A stretch of DNA of 64,000 nucleotides from Selaginella moellendorffii. Its lineage: Eukaryota > Plantae > Lycopodiophyta. The position numbers and the translations under genes were made by a program. Under the pieces are notes generated by a model. It worked only from the letters and a program-made list of their open reading frames with translations, was not told where the DNA came from and did not search any database. Below are positions 11,006-22,832 of the stretch, in pieces. The stretch spans positions 345,700 to 409,699 of the forward strand of contig NW_003314282.1 in assembly GCF_000143415.4 (NCBI RefSeq). The letters run 5' to 3'. Every line of letters begins with the position of its first letter. The first letter of the stretch is position 1.

Positions 11006-13193
11006 TCATTCCACATCGTCCGAAAGGACGCGTTTGATCCCGTCGCTACCCTCCTCCTCCGAAGCCGTGGCATTCATCCTGGTGTTCGCCGGGCACCTCT
11101 CGCGCGGATCATCGCTCTCCTTCCTACAGAAGCACTCCGGCCAGGGATTCGTGTAGAACGACTCGGGATTCACCCGGCGGTGAGACCTTCCAAACGTTCC
11201 ACCGCTCATCACGCCTCTCACCATGGCCTCGAAGTTTGCGGCGGCGGCGCCGCCACCACTCTCGCGAGCCATGAAGATCGGTGCCAGAGCCTTCCTGTTG
11301 GGCTGGATGGACGTCCGGAAGCCGTAGTAGAGCCTGTGGCCGAGGAGATTGTTGGCAAAGTTGCTGGGACCGTCGTAAGTTGGCATGAAGATGTCCGAGA
11401 GCAAGCACACCATGTAGTCCACCGCCGGTCCCAGGAGTCCTCTCCCCTCGGCCTGGACAGCTTCCAGCTCCTCCGGAGCGGCCACGGTGGTGCGATTCTC
11501 CAGGTGAGGATACATCTCTCGCAGTGGCTGCATGAATCTCTCGCCTCCAAAGATGTCGCCCGCTGCGAGGTAGAGGCGGGTCGAGTTGTCGAAGCCCATT
11601 GCCTGGAGGATGAGCCCGACTTCTTCCGGTGTCAAGGGACACTTCCCGATTAAGCGCCTCTCGTTGTAGACGAGGCGCTTCTTGGCAAAGTTTTGCTCGC
11701 GGTACTTTCGTAGTATCTCCTGCTCTTCCGGTTTGAATATGGCGAGGCACCTGAGAGAAGCTTGTCGGTGGAGAAAGACTACGAAAGAAGGAAGTACGTA
11801 CCCAGCGAATGCAAGCATGTCCATCTCGAAACGGAGATGGATCGACATGAAGTGGCCTTCAGCGCGGAGCCTGCTCACGATCTGGTTGCTCAGCTGCATC
11901 ACGTCCGGCTTGAAACGCAGTGCGTGGAAGTTTACTCGGCACCTCAACCGCTGGTACTCGGCGTTTGGAACCTCTTCGGCTAGGCGATGGGAAAAGGGAG
12001 TGAGATATATCGCGCCGTGCTGTTTCATCTTAGCCAGCGCTTCGGTCTCGTACCAACTTGGAGGACCATCTCGCGGTGGTGCGATCTACAGCAGACAAGA
12101 GTTACGTTGGTTTGAAAGAACGAGTAACCAACCTGGAAAGCCTTCATCTTTTTCTTCTTCTTGTCGGAGACGTAAGGAAGGGACTCCACAATCTTGACGT
12201 CGTGTCTAAGGGATTTGATAAAGTGTTCTACATCATAAATGCCAGCAAAACCACTGCAACATCAAAAACAACTGTTTGCTCTTTATCATAACCAAGGACG
12301 AGAAAGCAAAAGATATACGGACCTTTTATCGTTCCAAAACGAGTTAGTATCCAACTCCGGCAACACAAGCGTTGCATTCATTATCCTCGCTGCCAAAACT
12401 GCATTACAAATCTGCAATGACACATCGATGAAGCTGGAAATAAAAAGCAAGGAGAATAGAATGTCTCTTACGGCACTACGCTGCTGGTTAAGCCCGCCAT
12501 TGCACCGAACGACGAGATAGCCATTGCTTTTCTTGGGAGGGGCTGCAAGCAAGATAGTCCACTAAGTTACATACAAGAAGAAAAGAATGATATGAGAAAA
12601 AAACTCTACTTACGCGGCCAAAAAGATCTGGGAGCCGAGGAAGGCCTCCAACCAGAAGAAGAAGAGCTCGTCCAAAGAGAATTCACATCAATCTGTCAAA
12701 AGAAAAAAAAAAAAGGAGCAAGAGAGACAAAACGCTTTAAAAACGAGGAGCAAGGAAAGCGCGAGGAATGCTTACATGAGAGTGAACGATGACACCGTCT
12801 TGCCGCAACTGCGAGACCAGCGACACCATGCACAGAAGCAGCACCAGGCCAGAGATGGACAATCGACCAGCAAATCCCTTCATACTGGCAGTCACTTGCT
12901 TCCATTGCCTCTGCCCCCTTCTTCCTAATGCCGACGCTCCACCCGTGAGAGAACGCTCATCATCGTCTTGCGAGTGGCTAGATCCCCTGGACAAGCCAAA
13001 CACAAACCCACGAATCAGGCTCCCGAAACCAGAGAATGCAGCTGCGCTAGAGCTACCACACACAGCGAGGGATCAGATCTGTTGCGCAGCACGAGCACCA
13101 TTCTTTGGTTGCGAGAGAGAGTGTGAGAGAGAGTAGATCTATCCCGCCCCTGTTGCCCTAAGCGAGGAGAGACGAGAGCGCTTACCTACGCAT
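11006..13193 (-). CDS. O-fucosyltransferase-family glycosyltransferase (DUF246/GT106), type II membrane protein; multi-exon
   Basis: TM anchor, [85 protein letters not shown]; 8-nt first exon ATGCGTAG|GTAAG inferred at 13193-13186. Confidence 0.93.
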
Positions 13194-13639
13194 CAAATGG
13201 GGCGCTTGTTTTCTACGCGTCAATGCGTCGTGTCGGGGGCCGAGCGAGCTGGATCGATGCGCTCCTCTCGCAAGAACCCTAAAACTAAACCCAAATGCCG
13301 CGAAATATTTTCAACGAAAGAGACGAGTTTATTCCCTTTTATTTTCCAAAGGGAAGACTATGTTTGACTATCTTGGACTACATTGACTAATACGAAAGAT
13401 TGGGATTTCACAAAGAGCGCCAATGCTTTAAAAGGGACTCAACACTCTTGCCCTGATTGATCTCTCCCGGTGGAGCTTTAAAGTGATTTGGATTGAAATG
13501 TAGGCCAGAATCGAGCTCTGCAAGGACCAAGGTGGGATTGAGCGAGGAGGATTCAAAGCTTAGCTCCGGCTGCGGTGAAGAGGATGAGGAGCTAAATTCC
13601 TCGACCTCTTCGAGTTCTTATGAAGTTCCATGAGAACTT

Positions 13640-13800
13640 TGAGTCGTCCCGGCAAGGCATGGATTCGAAGAAACTATTGTAGCAGCCACCACACTCCTTG
13701 GAATCAAAGAGATCCATTGCTTGTTCCGCGAATGCATTGAGAGTGTAGGCCGTGAGCATGGCGTCCCAGGACGGAACGCCACCTCTTTCCGAGATTGGTC
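13640..13800 (-). pseudogene. PPR gene fragment (also duplicated at ~23290-23440)
   Basis: SWDAMLTAYTLN..EQAMDLFD, FFESMPCRD resemble PLS motifs. Confidence 0.5.
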
Positions 13801-14055
13801 GCTCTAATACTTGTAGCAAAACTTTTCGAGAAAGCGCATGCAAATTCTTTGCTTGGAAGTTGGAAGAGATCGAAGATCGAAGAAACTTTCTTTGATTGTA
13901 GATGGTGTTTCCTTTTCTTTTCGCTTCGCAGTTGTAAGTTCTCTGTTTCCAGCGAATATCCGAGAACTATTAACACACAGCGTGGTTATTTACATTGGGA
14001 GTAAACATCAAACCGTTAGGATCAAGCTCTCGCTTTGTCAAGTTGAAATCTAAAT

Positions 14056-15639
14056 CTATCTCTCACTCTTGAACTTTTTGGATTTGTCCAGCATATCTAC
14101 CATCGCCGAAGTTCGATAGGATGTCAGCGAACATTCTCTTTTCGCAGAAGGAGCTGATTTAAACAGAGAAAATTCACAAGAGTTAGAACACAAAAGAGCT
14201 GTCCAAAATGTCTTACCTCTCGACTGGTACGTAGATCGCTGGTTGACGTGAGAATTCTCGGCCGCAAGCAGCACAGCATGTCCCCCGGAACGGTAATAAT
14301 CCCCCATCATGCACTGGATCAGCTCCTCGAGTTCGCTCACCAATCCCTTGGACAAGACATCGCCAGCTCCAAACGCTCGGGAGCTCTCAATCTTTTGCTT
14401 CACGTCCAGCAGCGCTTGCTTTGCCGACGCCAAGTCTTCCGAGCTGCGACATCCGAGCCTCCGAGCGGCAGCCATGGCCTTCGAGGCACTCACACGGTTC
14501 TTCTGCCTGTCCACCTCGATCTTTGTCGCTTCCTCTTCCTCGCCAGCTTTGAGCTCCTGGATCACCAGGCTCGAAGTTGCAAGCTGCTGGGTCTTGTCGC
14601 TGGACGGGTCTCGAAAGCTCCCTCCAACTTTGAGAAGTTCCAGCGACGAAGAGCTCGAGTCAGAGCCAGGCAGCAAGAGCTCCACCAGGATATCTCTCTC
14701 CTCTTCCGCGTACAAGGATCCAAGCTTCACTGTCGCAGCTCGATCGCCAGCCATGGCCGTTGTCCCGGCGGTGGCTTCCACACTCTTGATCCGCGCTCTG
14801 CCGCTTGCCTCCATCCAGACCTCCACTTCCTGTGCCACCACGCTAAGCAGCCCGCCAATGAACTGAGCAAACGCGTGCTGGACGGCAAACTCCTCTTGCA
14901 CGTAGCAAAAGCTGCCACCCGTGGCCTCGGCGATGCTCAGCATGGCCTCGGGATCATGGTCACTTCCAAATCCAAAAGTGTGCACTGGAACTCGCTCGCT
15001 CCCATTCTCGAGGTAGGAATCCACCGGAAGAACTTTGCATCGCTTGAACATGATCGCATTGTCCATCCCGTCCGAGAGAAGCAAAATGCTCGACACCGGG
15101 TTCCTGTTCTTGCGCCGCGAGAGAAGATCGAATCCAGCCTTTAGACCCGGACGGATCTCGGTTCCTCCCAGGCTCCGCAGCTTCTCCACTGCATTGAGCG
15201 CCGCGGCTCGACCTTCGTGGGTCATCCTCTTGAGACCGAGATGGACTTTGGGCTCGTCCGAGAAGGAGACGATCGCGAGGCGATCCTGCTGTCGCAAATT
15301 CCGGATCACAAACTCCATGGCGGTCTTGACAAGCTCCAGCTTCTGGCCGCGCATGCTGCCGCTCACATCCAGCACTGTCACCAGATCGACCGGGGCGCGG
15401 GCACTGTCGGCGGCCGAGCTCTCATCTTTGGGAGCTTTGAGATGGACCAGCGCTGTAAAGATTCGCTCTACTTGTTCTTCTCCCTTGGCCTTGATCTTGT
15501 CGACCTCGCCGATGATCTTGAGCTCTGGCTGCTCGCCAATCACTAGCCAGCCTAGCTCCTCGCTAAGATGAACAATTTCTTCTTCCTCGAGCGTGACATC
15601 CATGCCGCTTACCTCGAATTTCTCAAACCCTGCCGCCAT
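14056..15639 (-). CDS. vWA-domain protein with Vwaint-type C-terminus (WAV3/EDA40-related, lacking RING finger)
   Basis: RAPVDLVTVLDVSGSM (MIDAS), DRLAIVSFS, GGT, LLSDG, VHTFGFGSDHD, HVNQRS; probable 63-nt in-frame intron 14154-14216. Confidence 0.9.
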   Translation of the reverse strand: MAAGFEKFEVSGMDVTLEEEEIVHLSEELGWLVIGEQPELKIIGEVDKIKAKGEEQVERIFTALVHLKAPKDESSAADSARAPVDLVTVLDVSGSMRGQKLELVKTAMEFVIRNLRQQDRLAIVSFSDEPKVHLGLKRMTHEGRAAALNAVEKLRSLGGTEIRPGLKAGFDLLSRRKNRNPVSSILLLSDGMDNAIMFKRCKVLPVDSYLENGSERVPVHTFGFGSDHDPEAMLSIAEATGGSFCYVQEEFAVQHAFAQFIGGLLSVVAQEVEVWMEASGRARIKSVEATAGTTAMAGDRAATVKLGSLYAEEERDILVELLLPGSDSSSSSLELLKVGGSFRDPSSDKTQQLATSSLVIQELKAGEEEEATKIEVDRQKNRVSASKAMAAARRLGCRSSEDLASAKQALLDVKQKIESSRAFGAGDVLSKGLVSELEELIQCMMGDYYRSGGHAVLLAAENSHVNQRSTYQSRGKTFWTALLCSNSCEFSLFKSAPSAKRECSLTSYRTSAMVDMLDKSKKFKSER

Positions 15640-15896
15640 AGCTCCTGATCGATATGGGAGAACTTTATACCTTTAAGAGGTCAAGTTGGCCCTACATTCC
15701 AATTTAAATTCTTTTTTTTTTCGGACGGTTCAGATGAGGACACCTGGACAACGTTTACGTGGGTAGTGAGCACGCCACTGACGCTAAAACGATAGCATTT
15801 TTGCATCCATCAATCTCATGCTTCCAGTTGGGCACTACAAGACTATCAAAACAATATATATATAGAAAGATAGATAAATAGATAATTTGGGATTTC

Positions 15897-16875
15897 TTGG
15901 ATTTTCAGATCCTCCAAAGTGATTGGCAAGGGCGAGACTGGGGCCAGACGCAATACGAGAGGGTGATTATAATTGAGTTGCTTTGGAGCATTGCTCCTTT
16001 TTATTCTATTCTATTAGTTTCTTGGTGGTTGATAACCATTGATGGGAATGCTCTCCTTCTCTATCTCTTTTTGTCCTGCATTATCACTGCCAAGTAAATC
16101 TCTACGCTCTTTTTTTTTTGCAGTTGTCAATTCCGAATTCTATGGTTCACAGGCTGTTCCCAATCAATATTTTGCTTTCTCTTTGTTATATTGTTCTATT
16201 TCTGACACTGTCGCACCAGAAGGCCTCCTCTTTCTTGCGTAGGCAGTCTGGAAGCCATCTTCTCCGAGAAGTTCCCCATGCCAGAAACATCTGCTGGCGT
16301 CTTCTTTTTCTTCTTTTTCTTTTTCTTCTCTTACATTCTTTGTATGGCCAACGTTCAAATTTGTTTGTTTTTTACGATGGTTTTCTCAGCTTTTTCACAG
16401 GTGTTCCAATTCCAATCAAAGAAAGAGAGGTTTTGGCATTGTGTCCCAACTTTTTCTCCATCCAGATTTTGAGTATGAGATTGTTCTGATTGACCAGGTT
16501 TTCGTGTCAACGATCTTTGTATTGCTGGTGTTGAGTTCAGCAATGAGCTGAGCAAATTCATTAGATGTGACGTGCACGAGGAGGATTCCCATGTCAAGGA
16601 AATTGTTCATGTCGCTCTCATTGAGGTCTGGAGTTTTCCTCGGTTTCTCTTCACGGTTTTTAAAGGTGCTTCATATCAAGCAGGCTAAGGAGATCTTCAA
16701 GCCAATGTATGGTGTAGTTATCTCATTTCATGGAATTTTGATTTAGTTCTTTGAACAGCGCGATTCGACGAGGCTACTCAGCACAAGGCTATTGGAGCTT
16801 TAGAGAAATTTGCTGAGGCAACAGGAAACGATTTACCAGCAAATATGAAAAGCCTGAAGCCAGAATATTGTAAGC
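15897..16875 (+). pseudogene. Divergent or broken member of the half-MFS membrane protein family
   Basis: Tail at ~16768-16870 encodes DEATQHKAIGALEKFAEATGNDLPANMKSLKPEY, matching the family C-terminus; upstream hydrophobic segments contain stops. Confidence 0.5.
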
Positions 16876-17127
16876 TTACGGCTAAATATGTTACGCTTTC
16901 TTTCCTCAAATGTAGTGATGATCGAACTAGAGGAGCATTGATGCTACTTTCGCAGGCATGTAGCAGCTTAATAACCTATGTCTTAGAGCGAGCAATGATT
17001 GTTATTAGCTCATATATCAAACCAACTGCCATGGTTTGGTTTGCGTATTTAATCACATGTGGCTATGTGGAAAAATGCGATCCATGGAAATAATAAAAAA
17101 AATTGCTACGTGTTGCATGTAGCAACG

Positions 17128-17432
17128 CTTGGTTTGCTTAATACTAGTGTTATTATTACTTATTAATCCAATTGATCAAATCAAGCTTATGATTATAAGC
17201 ATGTTTGTAATTTATATATACAAGATTAATTTTATTGCATATCAACCGTTAGATGGTAGAATAAAAAAGAATATACTAGAAAAGGTTTAAGAAAGTTTAT
17301 AAATTATAAATACAAGATTAATCTAAATGAATAACAACCGCTAGATAGTAGAATATCTTAGAATATTCAAGCATATTCTAAGTATATTCACTACCATCCC
17401 AATCCCCCTATAGGTTTGCTTAAGCAAACCAA
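17128..17432. repeat. AT-rich dispersed repeat (non-autonomous TE-like); related copies at ~26540-26620 and ~63110-63305
   Basis: Shared tttataatttata..caagattaat..ctagaa..ttaatctaaatg..caacc.ttagatggtagaat; bounded by ttggtttgcttaa / ttaagcaaaccaa. Confidence 0.6.
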
Positions 17433-17989
17433 AAACGTGACATGTGATCTCTGTTGTTGGAACACTGTATGTAGTATAAATATCTTCTTGTAAGCGTAGA
17501 AATGTTGTTGATAATCGCGTGGAATCCATGGCGCCCGACGCCCACACTGGATCGCTGGAGCTGGTAGCGGAGGACCTCACCGCGCCACCGCTAGGGTTGT
17601 CAGTGCCACATCGTCGGGAGGAGCTGGGCGGCGCGGCCAGCGGCGCCATGGCGGTGATCAAGGAGGAAGGCCTTCTCGGCTATCAAATGCCTCTTACTGA
17701 GTTCTTCCATTGTTTACTTTTGGGCTTCTCTTCTTTTTCTGGAATCGTTGCTTGGATTTCTTTTAAGAACGATGGATTTTTTTCGTTGTTTGCTTGGAGT
17801 TTTTGGAAGAACGATGGATTTTTTCGATTGGAAATGTAGATCGTTTCTTTTGTGGATGCGGTGATAGCCATACACTTAAACGTTCTTATGTCTTCGTGCT
17901 CTTCCAGACGTTCATACTACGTTTGGTCTTCTCCCTCGTTTTTTTTGTTGAGGATCTGGATGGTTGCTTGGATAGCTGTATTTTTTTCT

Positions 17990-19685
17990 TTGACAGAAGT
18001 TCGTGCTGGTGTGGGAAATGCCTTTGGAAATCTCTTCTGCGTTGCAACTTTTACGGTGGAGGAGTTGGATGTGCCATCGTTGGATGCCCTCCGGCGCTCA
18101 ATCTCACCGAGGAGGGATCTAGACAGAAGGTATGCTCTTTCTTTTCTTTCTACTTTTTTGTTTCCTTTTACTTTGAGTTCTTTTTGTGTAGTTCTTCGTG
18201 TTACTCTTTGCGTGTTCTTTGTATGTTCTTTCGTTGTTTGTTATAAAGTACTATGTTCTTCGTGTCTTCATTGTATGTTGCTCATTCTCTTCATTTCTCA
18301 ACGAACAGGAGGCCGGGCCAAAGTCGGATCACAACTCCAAGGAAGGAAACAGGCACTTGCAAATTTCTCTCTGGCGTGGCACAAGGTAATGTAGCTTCTT
18401 GCTTTTCTTTTCTTCTGTAAGTTTACCAATTCTTTCTCATAGGAATGGACACTTGCTGTTCTAGTTCCAAACACGGATCAACGTAGAAGAGTAAGTTTTC
18501 GTTAACGGAAGAAAGAAAGTGAGACGCTGGAACTTAATGTGAGGTATTCTGCAGGATTGGCTCTAGCTTATCTAGCGGCCGTCTCATGCCGATGCTACTT
18601 ACGGATTCAAGTAGCTGTCCAGGTTAAATCTAAACGTTTCCTTGCAAACTCTCTCGGGTCTTAAGCTTAAAAACCTCGTGCAGGGTGGAGGAAGATCATC
18701 CACCCGAGAAAGAGTAGCATCGGGGACAATCGCAAAGAAGCTACTCAAACAGCAAGGCGGAACCGAGGTCCAGGAAAAAGAGAGGAGTACTAAGCAATTT
18801 GTGCTTTAATATTTCCTTGGTGTTCGTAATTCCCGGTGGAGAGCAACATCCGGATCAAGCTATGGCGGAAGAGACGATCGCTGCCATCGACGCTGTGAGA
18901 GTGAGGGGAGATTCCGTGGGAGGAGTCGTCAGTTTGGATTGCTAGAAACGTTCCTCGGGTAAGAAATCTACTCCCGCATTCACGCAAAGCTGTATTGATC
19001 ACCCTTCTGTCTACTTTCAGGGACTTGGGGCTCCTGTTCTTGACAAGCTAGAAGCCGAGCTCGCCAAGGCTCTCATGTCTTTGCCTGCCACCAAAGGCTT
19101 TGACTTTGAAGGTAACACAAGATGGAACCAATCTCCGTTTGCAATGTTTAGACCTTTCTGTCTACACACACAAGAAGTATGAAGGAATCTCATGGGTTTC
19201 TAGACAGGATCTCCTTTCTGTTTTTCCCTCAACTTGTGAACAAGTCATGCAGGGAAGAAGAGACGATAGTGATGAGAATAGCATTCAAGCCGACGTCTAC
19301 AATCACTGTAAAGTTCATCAATTCTCACTGCGCTGGCATTGATTTTGCTTGCGTGATTGCTTCTTACAGAAATTCCAAGAGACTGGAACGAGAGACCGGC
19401 AAGAAGAGCTCGTGTTCGTCATGATCACTGCGTCGTTCCTCGAGGTAACATCCAGGAATCCTTTCTCCTCTCGTGAATGCCTATCGATCGATTTCTTGCA
19501 GCTGTTCCAATGGTGTCCAAGGCGATGGTGGCCTTGGTTCTCGCGGATCAGCTCCTCCAACACTACGCGCAGTGCCAATTTCTCCCTCTGGCAGAGCTCC
19601 ACCCTCGTTTCTAATCCACCGGAGGAAGAACGTCTCGCTTGCCATTTTTTTTATTTGAATTCGAGCGCCAAATTTTTTCCAAAGA
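17990..19685 (+). pseudogene. Chorismate synthase pseudogene (intron-containing duplicate of 46020-48087)
   Basis: Colinear exons and introns with many small deletions and frameshifts (e.g. GESH motif deleted); lacks the transit-peptide exon. Confidence 0.9.
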
Positions 19686-19730
19686 AAACTCGGAGGGATT
19701 GCGTAGAACCCTAGCCAAAATCTTGGAGCA

Positions 19731-20963
19731 ATGGAGGAGCCTCTTCTCCCCGGGCGCCAGGAGGATCTGGAGAACCCTCCCCTGTCCGATGACGAGAATC
19801 CTCAGGTATGTCCACGCCTAGCTTTCCTGCGTGAAATTTCGCCAGGATCTGCCCCCGGAGGATCGGCGCCAGGAGGATCAGCGCCAGGAGGATCGGCTGC
19901 CAGGGGATCGGCGCCGGGAGGATCTGCTGCCAGGGGATCGGGGCCAGGAGGAGAATCAGCGCCAGCTTCAGGTAGCTACATTTCCTGGTTTTTTTTTCTT
20001 TGACACAAACATGATTCATTGACAGCACCAGGAGGATCGGCCGCCCCAGCAGGAGCCAGGGAATCAGCAGGAGGTACATTTCATTCTTCTCGTTCTTTGC
20101 CACAACGAGATTCACAGCCACAGGGATTTCCAGGAATTCACCACCAGAAAGTTTTTGGCCGCTGTACTGTCTCTTCTACTTTCTCTGATGCCTCTCATCT
20201 CGGGTGCCATGTCTGGGCCTGTCGGGATGGACATCCAGAACGCGAGCATGATCGAGAGCCTGGTCTTCTTTGGCCTTGCTGGTTTTTTTTTCTAATTCTA
20301 AGCTAGTTTTTCTCCAAACTCTAAATGTTTTTCAATGTTTGTTGCAGCTTTGAACTGCACTACCTTGGAGCTCTGTTGCTTTCTCAGTCGGGATCTTGTA
20401 ACTTCTGAAGTGAACAAGTTTGGAACGCTGGTGCAGATACTCTACACTGTCCACACCTCTGGCAGCTTCCTCTGGCCCCCGGTGATCGTCACAGCGTGGT
20501 ATGTTTCCTTCAGGCTTTTGGACCTCTCCTTTCCTACTTGGGAGCTTGTGGGTTACATCGGCATTGCGACCACGCTACTCTCCACAGCATCGCCCCTGGG
20601 AGTATAAGTTTTCTATTGTCTTCTCTTGGTTTCTAAACGTTTTCTTTTCTTCCTTTTCATGTAGTTCGCAGCCTATTATGGACGACTGCCTACTGTCAAC
20701 GTCCTCACGTCTTTGGTTGCATTCTGCTGCCGCGCTCTGTGGGCGTATCATGGTCATGTGACCAAGAACAAGAATATGAAGGTAAGGTTTAAGAATAGCG
20801 ATATAAAGTAACAAGTCTGTTTTGCTTATAATAGTGGGGAAATGGAATTGCAAGCGGCTTGGCCTTGGTGCTCCTCTCCGTCGGGTATGTGAGATTGTTT
20901 CTTTTACTTTCTAACACTTACTGTTTTTTAAGGTGCATTTCTCGACTGCTTACTATGATGTAG
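19731..20963 (+). CDS. Highly divergent SWEET/MtN3-like 7-TM protein with acidic repeat N-terminal extension (one frame junction unresolved; may be a pseudogene)
   Basis: LAAVLSLLLSLMPL, ALNC, VNKFGTLVQILY, VGYIG..ASPL, SLVAF..ALWAYHG, GNGIA align with the SWEET TM pattern; GT-AG introns. Confidence 0.55.
19846..19970 (+). repeat. 15-bp coding minisatellite (ccaggaggatcggcg variants, ~8 units)
   Basis: Direct inspection; reads QEDRR/PGDRR in the spliced frame. Confidence 0.85.
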
Positions 20964-21037
20964 AACTCGCGATCGGTTCTTTTTTTCTCTACATGTGGTA
21001 GAGTTTTGTGAACAAATCGTCTACTTTTTCCCGGATA

Positions 21038-22832
21038 ATCCACATCGTCCCAAAGGACGCGTTTGATCCCCCCTCCAAAGCAGTGATATTCATGCCGGTG
21101 TTCGCACGGCACCTCTCGCCAGCCAGGGATTCGTGCAAAACGGCTCGGAATGCACCCGACGTTCCACCGCTCATCACGCCTCTCATCAAGATGTCCGAGA
21201 GCAAGCACACCGGGTAGTTCACCGTCGGTCCCAGAAGTCCTCTCCCCTCGGCTTGGACAGCTTCCAGCTCCTCCGGAGCAGCGACGGTAGTGCGGTTCTC
21301 CAGGCGACGATTCTCTCGCCTCCAAAGATGTCGCGCGTTGAGTTGTCCAAGTCCATTGCCTGGAGAATGAGACCGACCTCTTCAAGCGCTTCTCGTTGTA
21401 GTATCTCCTGCTCTTTCGGTTTGAATACGGCGAGGCACCTGAGATAAGCTTGTCGGTGGAGAAAGAATGCGAAAGAAGAAAGTACGTACCCAGCGAATGC
21501 AAGCATGGATCGACATGAAGTGGCCTGCCTGCTCACTATCTGGTTGCTCAGCTGCATCACGTCGGGCTTGAAACGCAGTGCGTGGAAGTTTACCCTGCAC
21601 CTCAACCGCTGGTACTCGGCGTTTGGAATCTCTCCGGCTAGGAGATGGGAAAAGGGAGTGAGATATATCGCGCCGTGCTGTTTCATCTTAGCCAGCGCTT
21701 CGGTCTCGTACCAACTTGGAGGGTGCGATCTACAGCAGACAAGAGTTCCGACGTTGGTTTGAAAGAACGAGTAAGCAACCTGGAAAGCCTTCATCTTTTT
21801 CTTCTTCTTGTCGGAGACGTAAGGAAGGGACTCCACAATCTTGACGTCGTGTCTAAGGGATTTGATAAAGTGTTCTACATCATAGATGCCAGCAAAACCA
21901 CTGCAACATCAAAAACAACTGTTTGCTTTTTATCATAATCAAGGACGAGAAAGCAAAAGATATACGGACCTTTTATCGTTCCAAAACGAGTTAGTATCCA
22001 ACTCCGGCAACACAAGCGTTGCATTCATTATCCTCGCTGCCAAAACTGCATTACAAATCTGCAATGACACATCGATGAAGCTGGAAATAAAACGCAAGAA
22101 GAATAGAATGTCTCTTACGGCACTGCGCTGCTGGTTAAGCCCGCCATTGCACCGAACGACGAGATAGCCATTGCTTTCCTTGGGAGGGGCTGCAAGCAAG
22201 ATAGTCCACTAAGTTACATACAAGAAGAAAAGAATGATATGAGAAAAAAACTCTACTTACGCGGCCAAAAAGATCTGGGAGCCGAGGAAGGCCTCCAACC
22301 AGAAGAAGAAGAGCTCGTCCAAAGAGAATTCACATCAATCTGCCAAAAACCAAAAGAAAAAGAAGAGATAAACGCTTTAAAAACGAGAGCAAGGAAAGCG
22401 CGAGGAATGCTTACATGAGAGTGAACGATGACACCGTCTTGCCGCAACTGCGAGACCAGCGACACCATGCACAGAAGCAGCACCAGGCCCGAGATGGACA
22501 ATCGACCAGCAAATCCCTTCATACTGGCAGTCACTTGCTTCCATTGCCTCTGCCCCCTTCTTCCTAATGCCGACGCTCCACCCGTGAGAGAACGCTCATC
22601 ATCGTCTTGCGAGTGGCTAGATCCCCTGGACAAGCCAAACACAAATCCACGAATCAGGCCCCCGAAACGAGAGAATGCAGCTGCGCTAGAGCTACCACAC
22701 ACAGCGAGGGATCAGATCTGTTGCGCAGCACGAGCACCATTCGTTGGTTGCGAGAGAGAGTGTGAGAGAGCTTAGATCTATCCCGCCCCTGTTGCCCTAA
22801 GCGAGGAGAGACGAGAGCGCTTACCTGCGCAT
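21038..22832 (-). pseudogene. O-fucosyltransferase pseudogene, copy 2
   Basis: 5' exons almost intact; last exons carry multiple deletions and frameshifts (HLRFEMD and GKCPLTP lost). Confidence 0.9.

Noticed and set aside
13015-13101. 28-aa ATG-initiated ORF ([10 protein letters not shown]...) upstream of the OFUT main exon as a conserved uORF
   Set aside because: Probably lies inside intron 1; its presence in copy 2 only reflects recent duplication
19846-19970. Elastin-like (APGGS)n protein as in the ORF track
   Set aside because: That frame depends on reading through a GT-AG intron (19806-19845); the spliced frame gives QEDRR-type repeats that match exon 1
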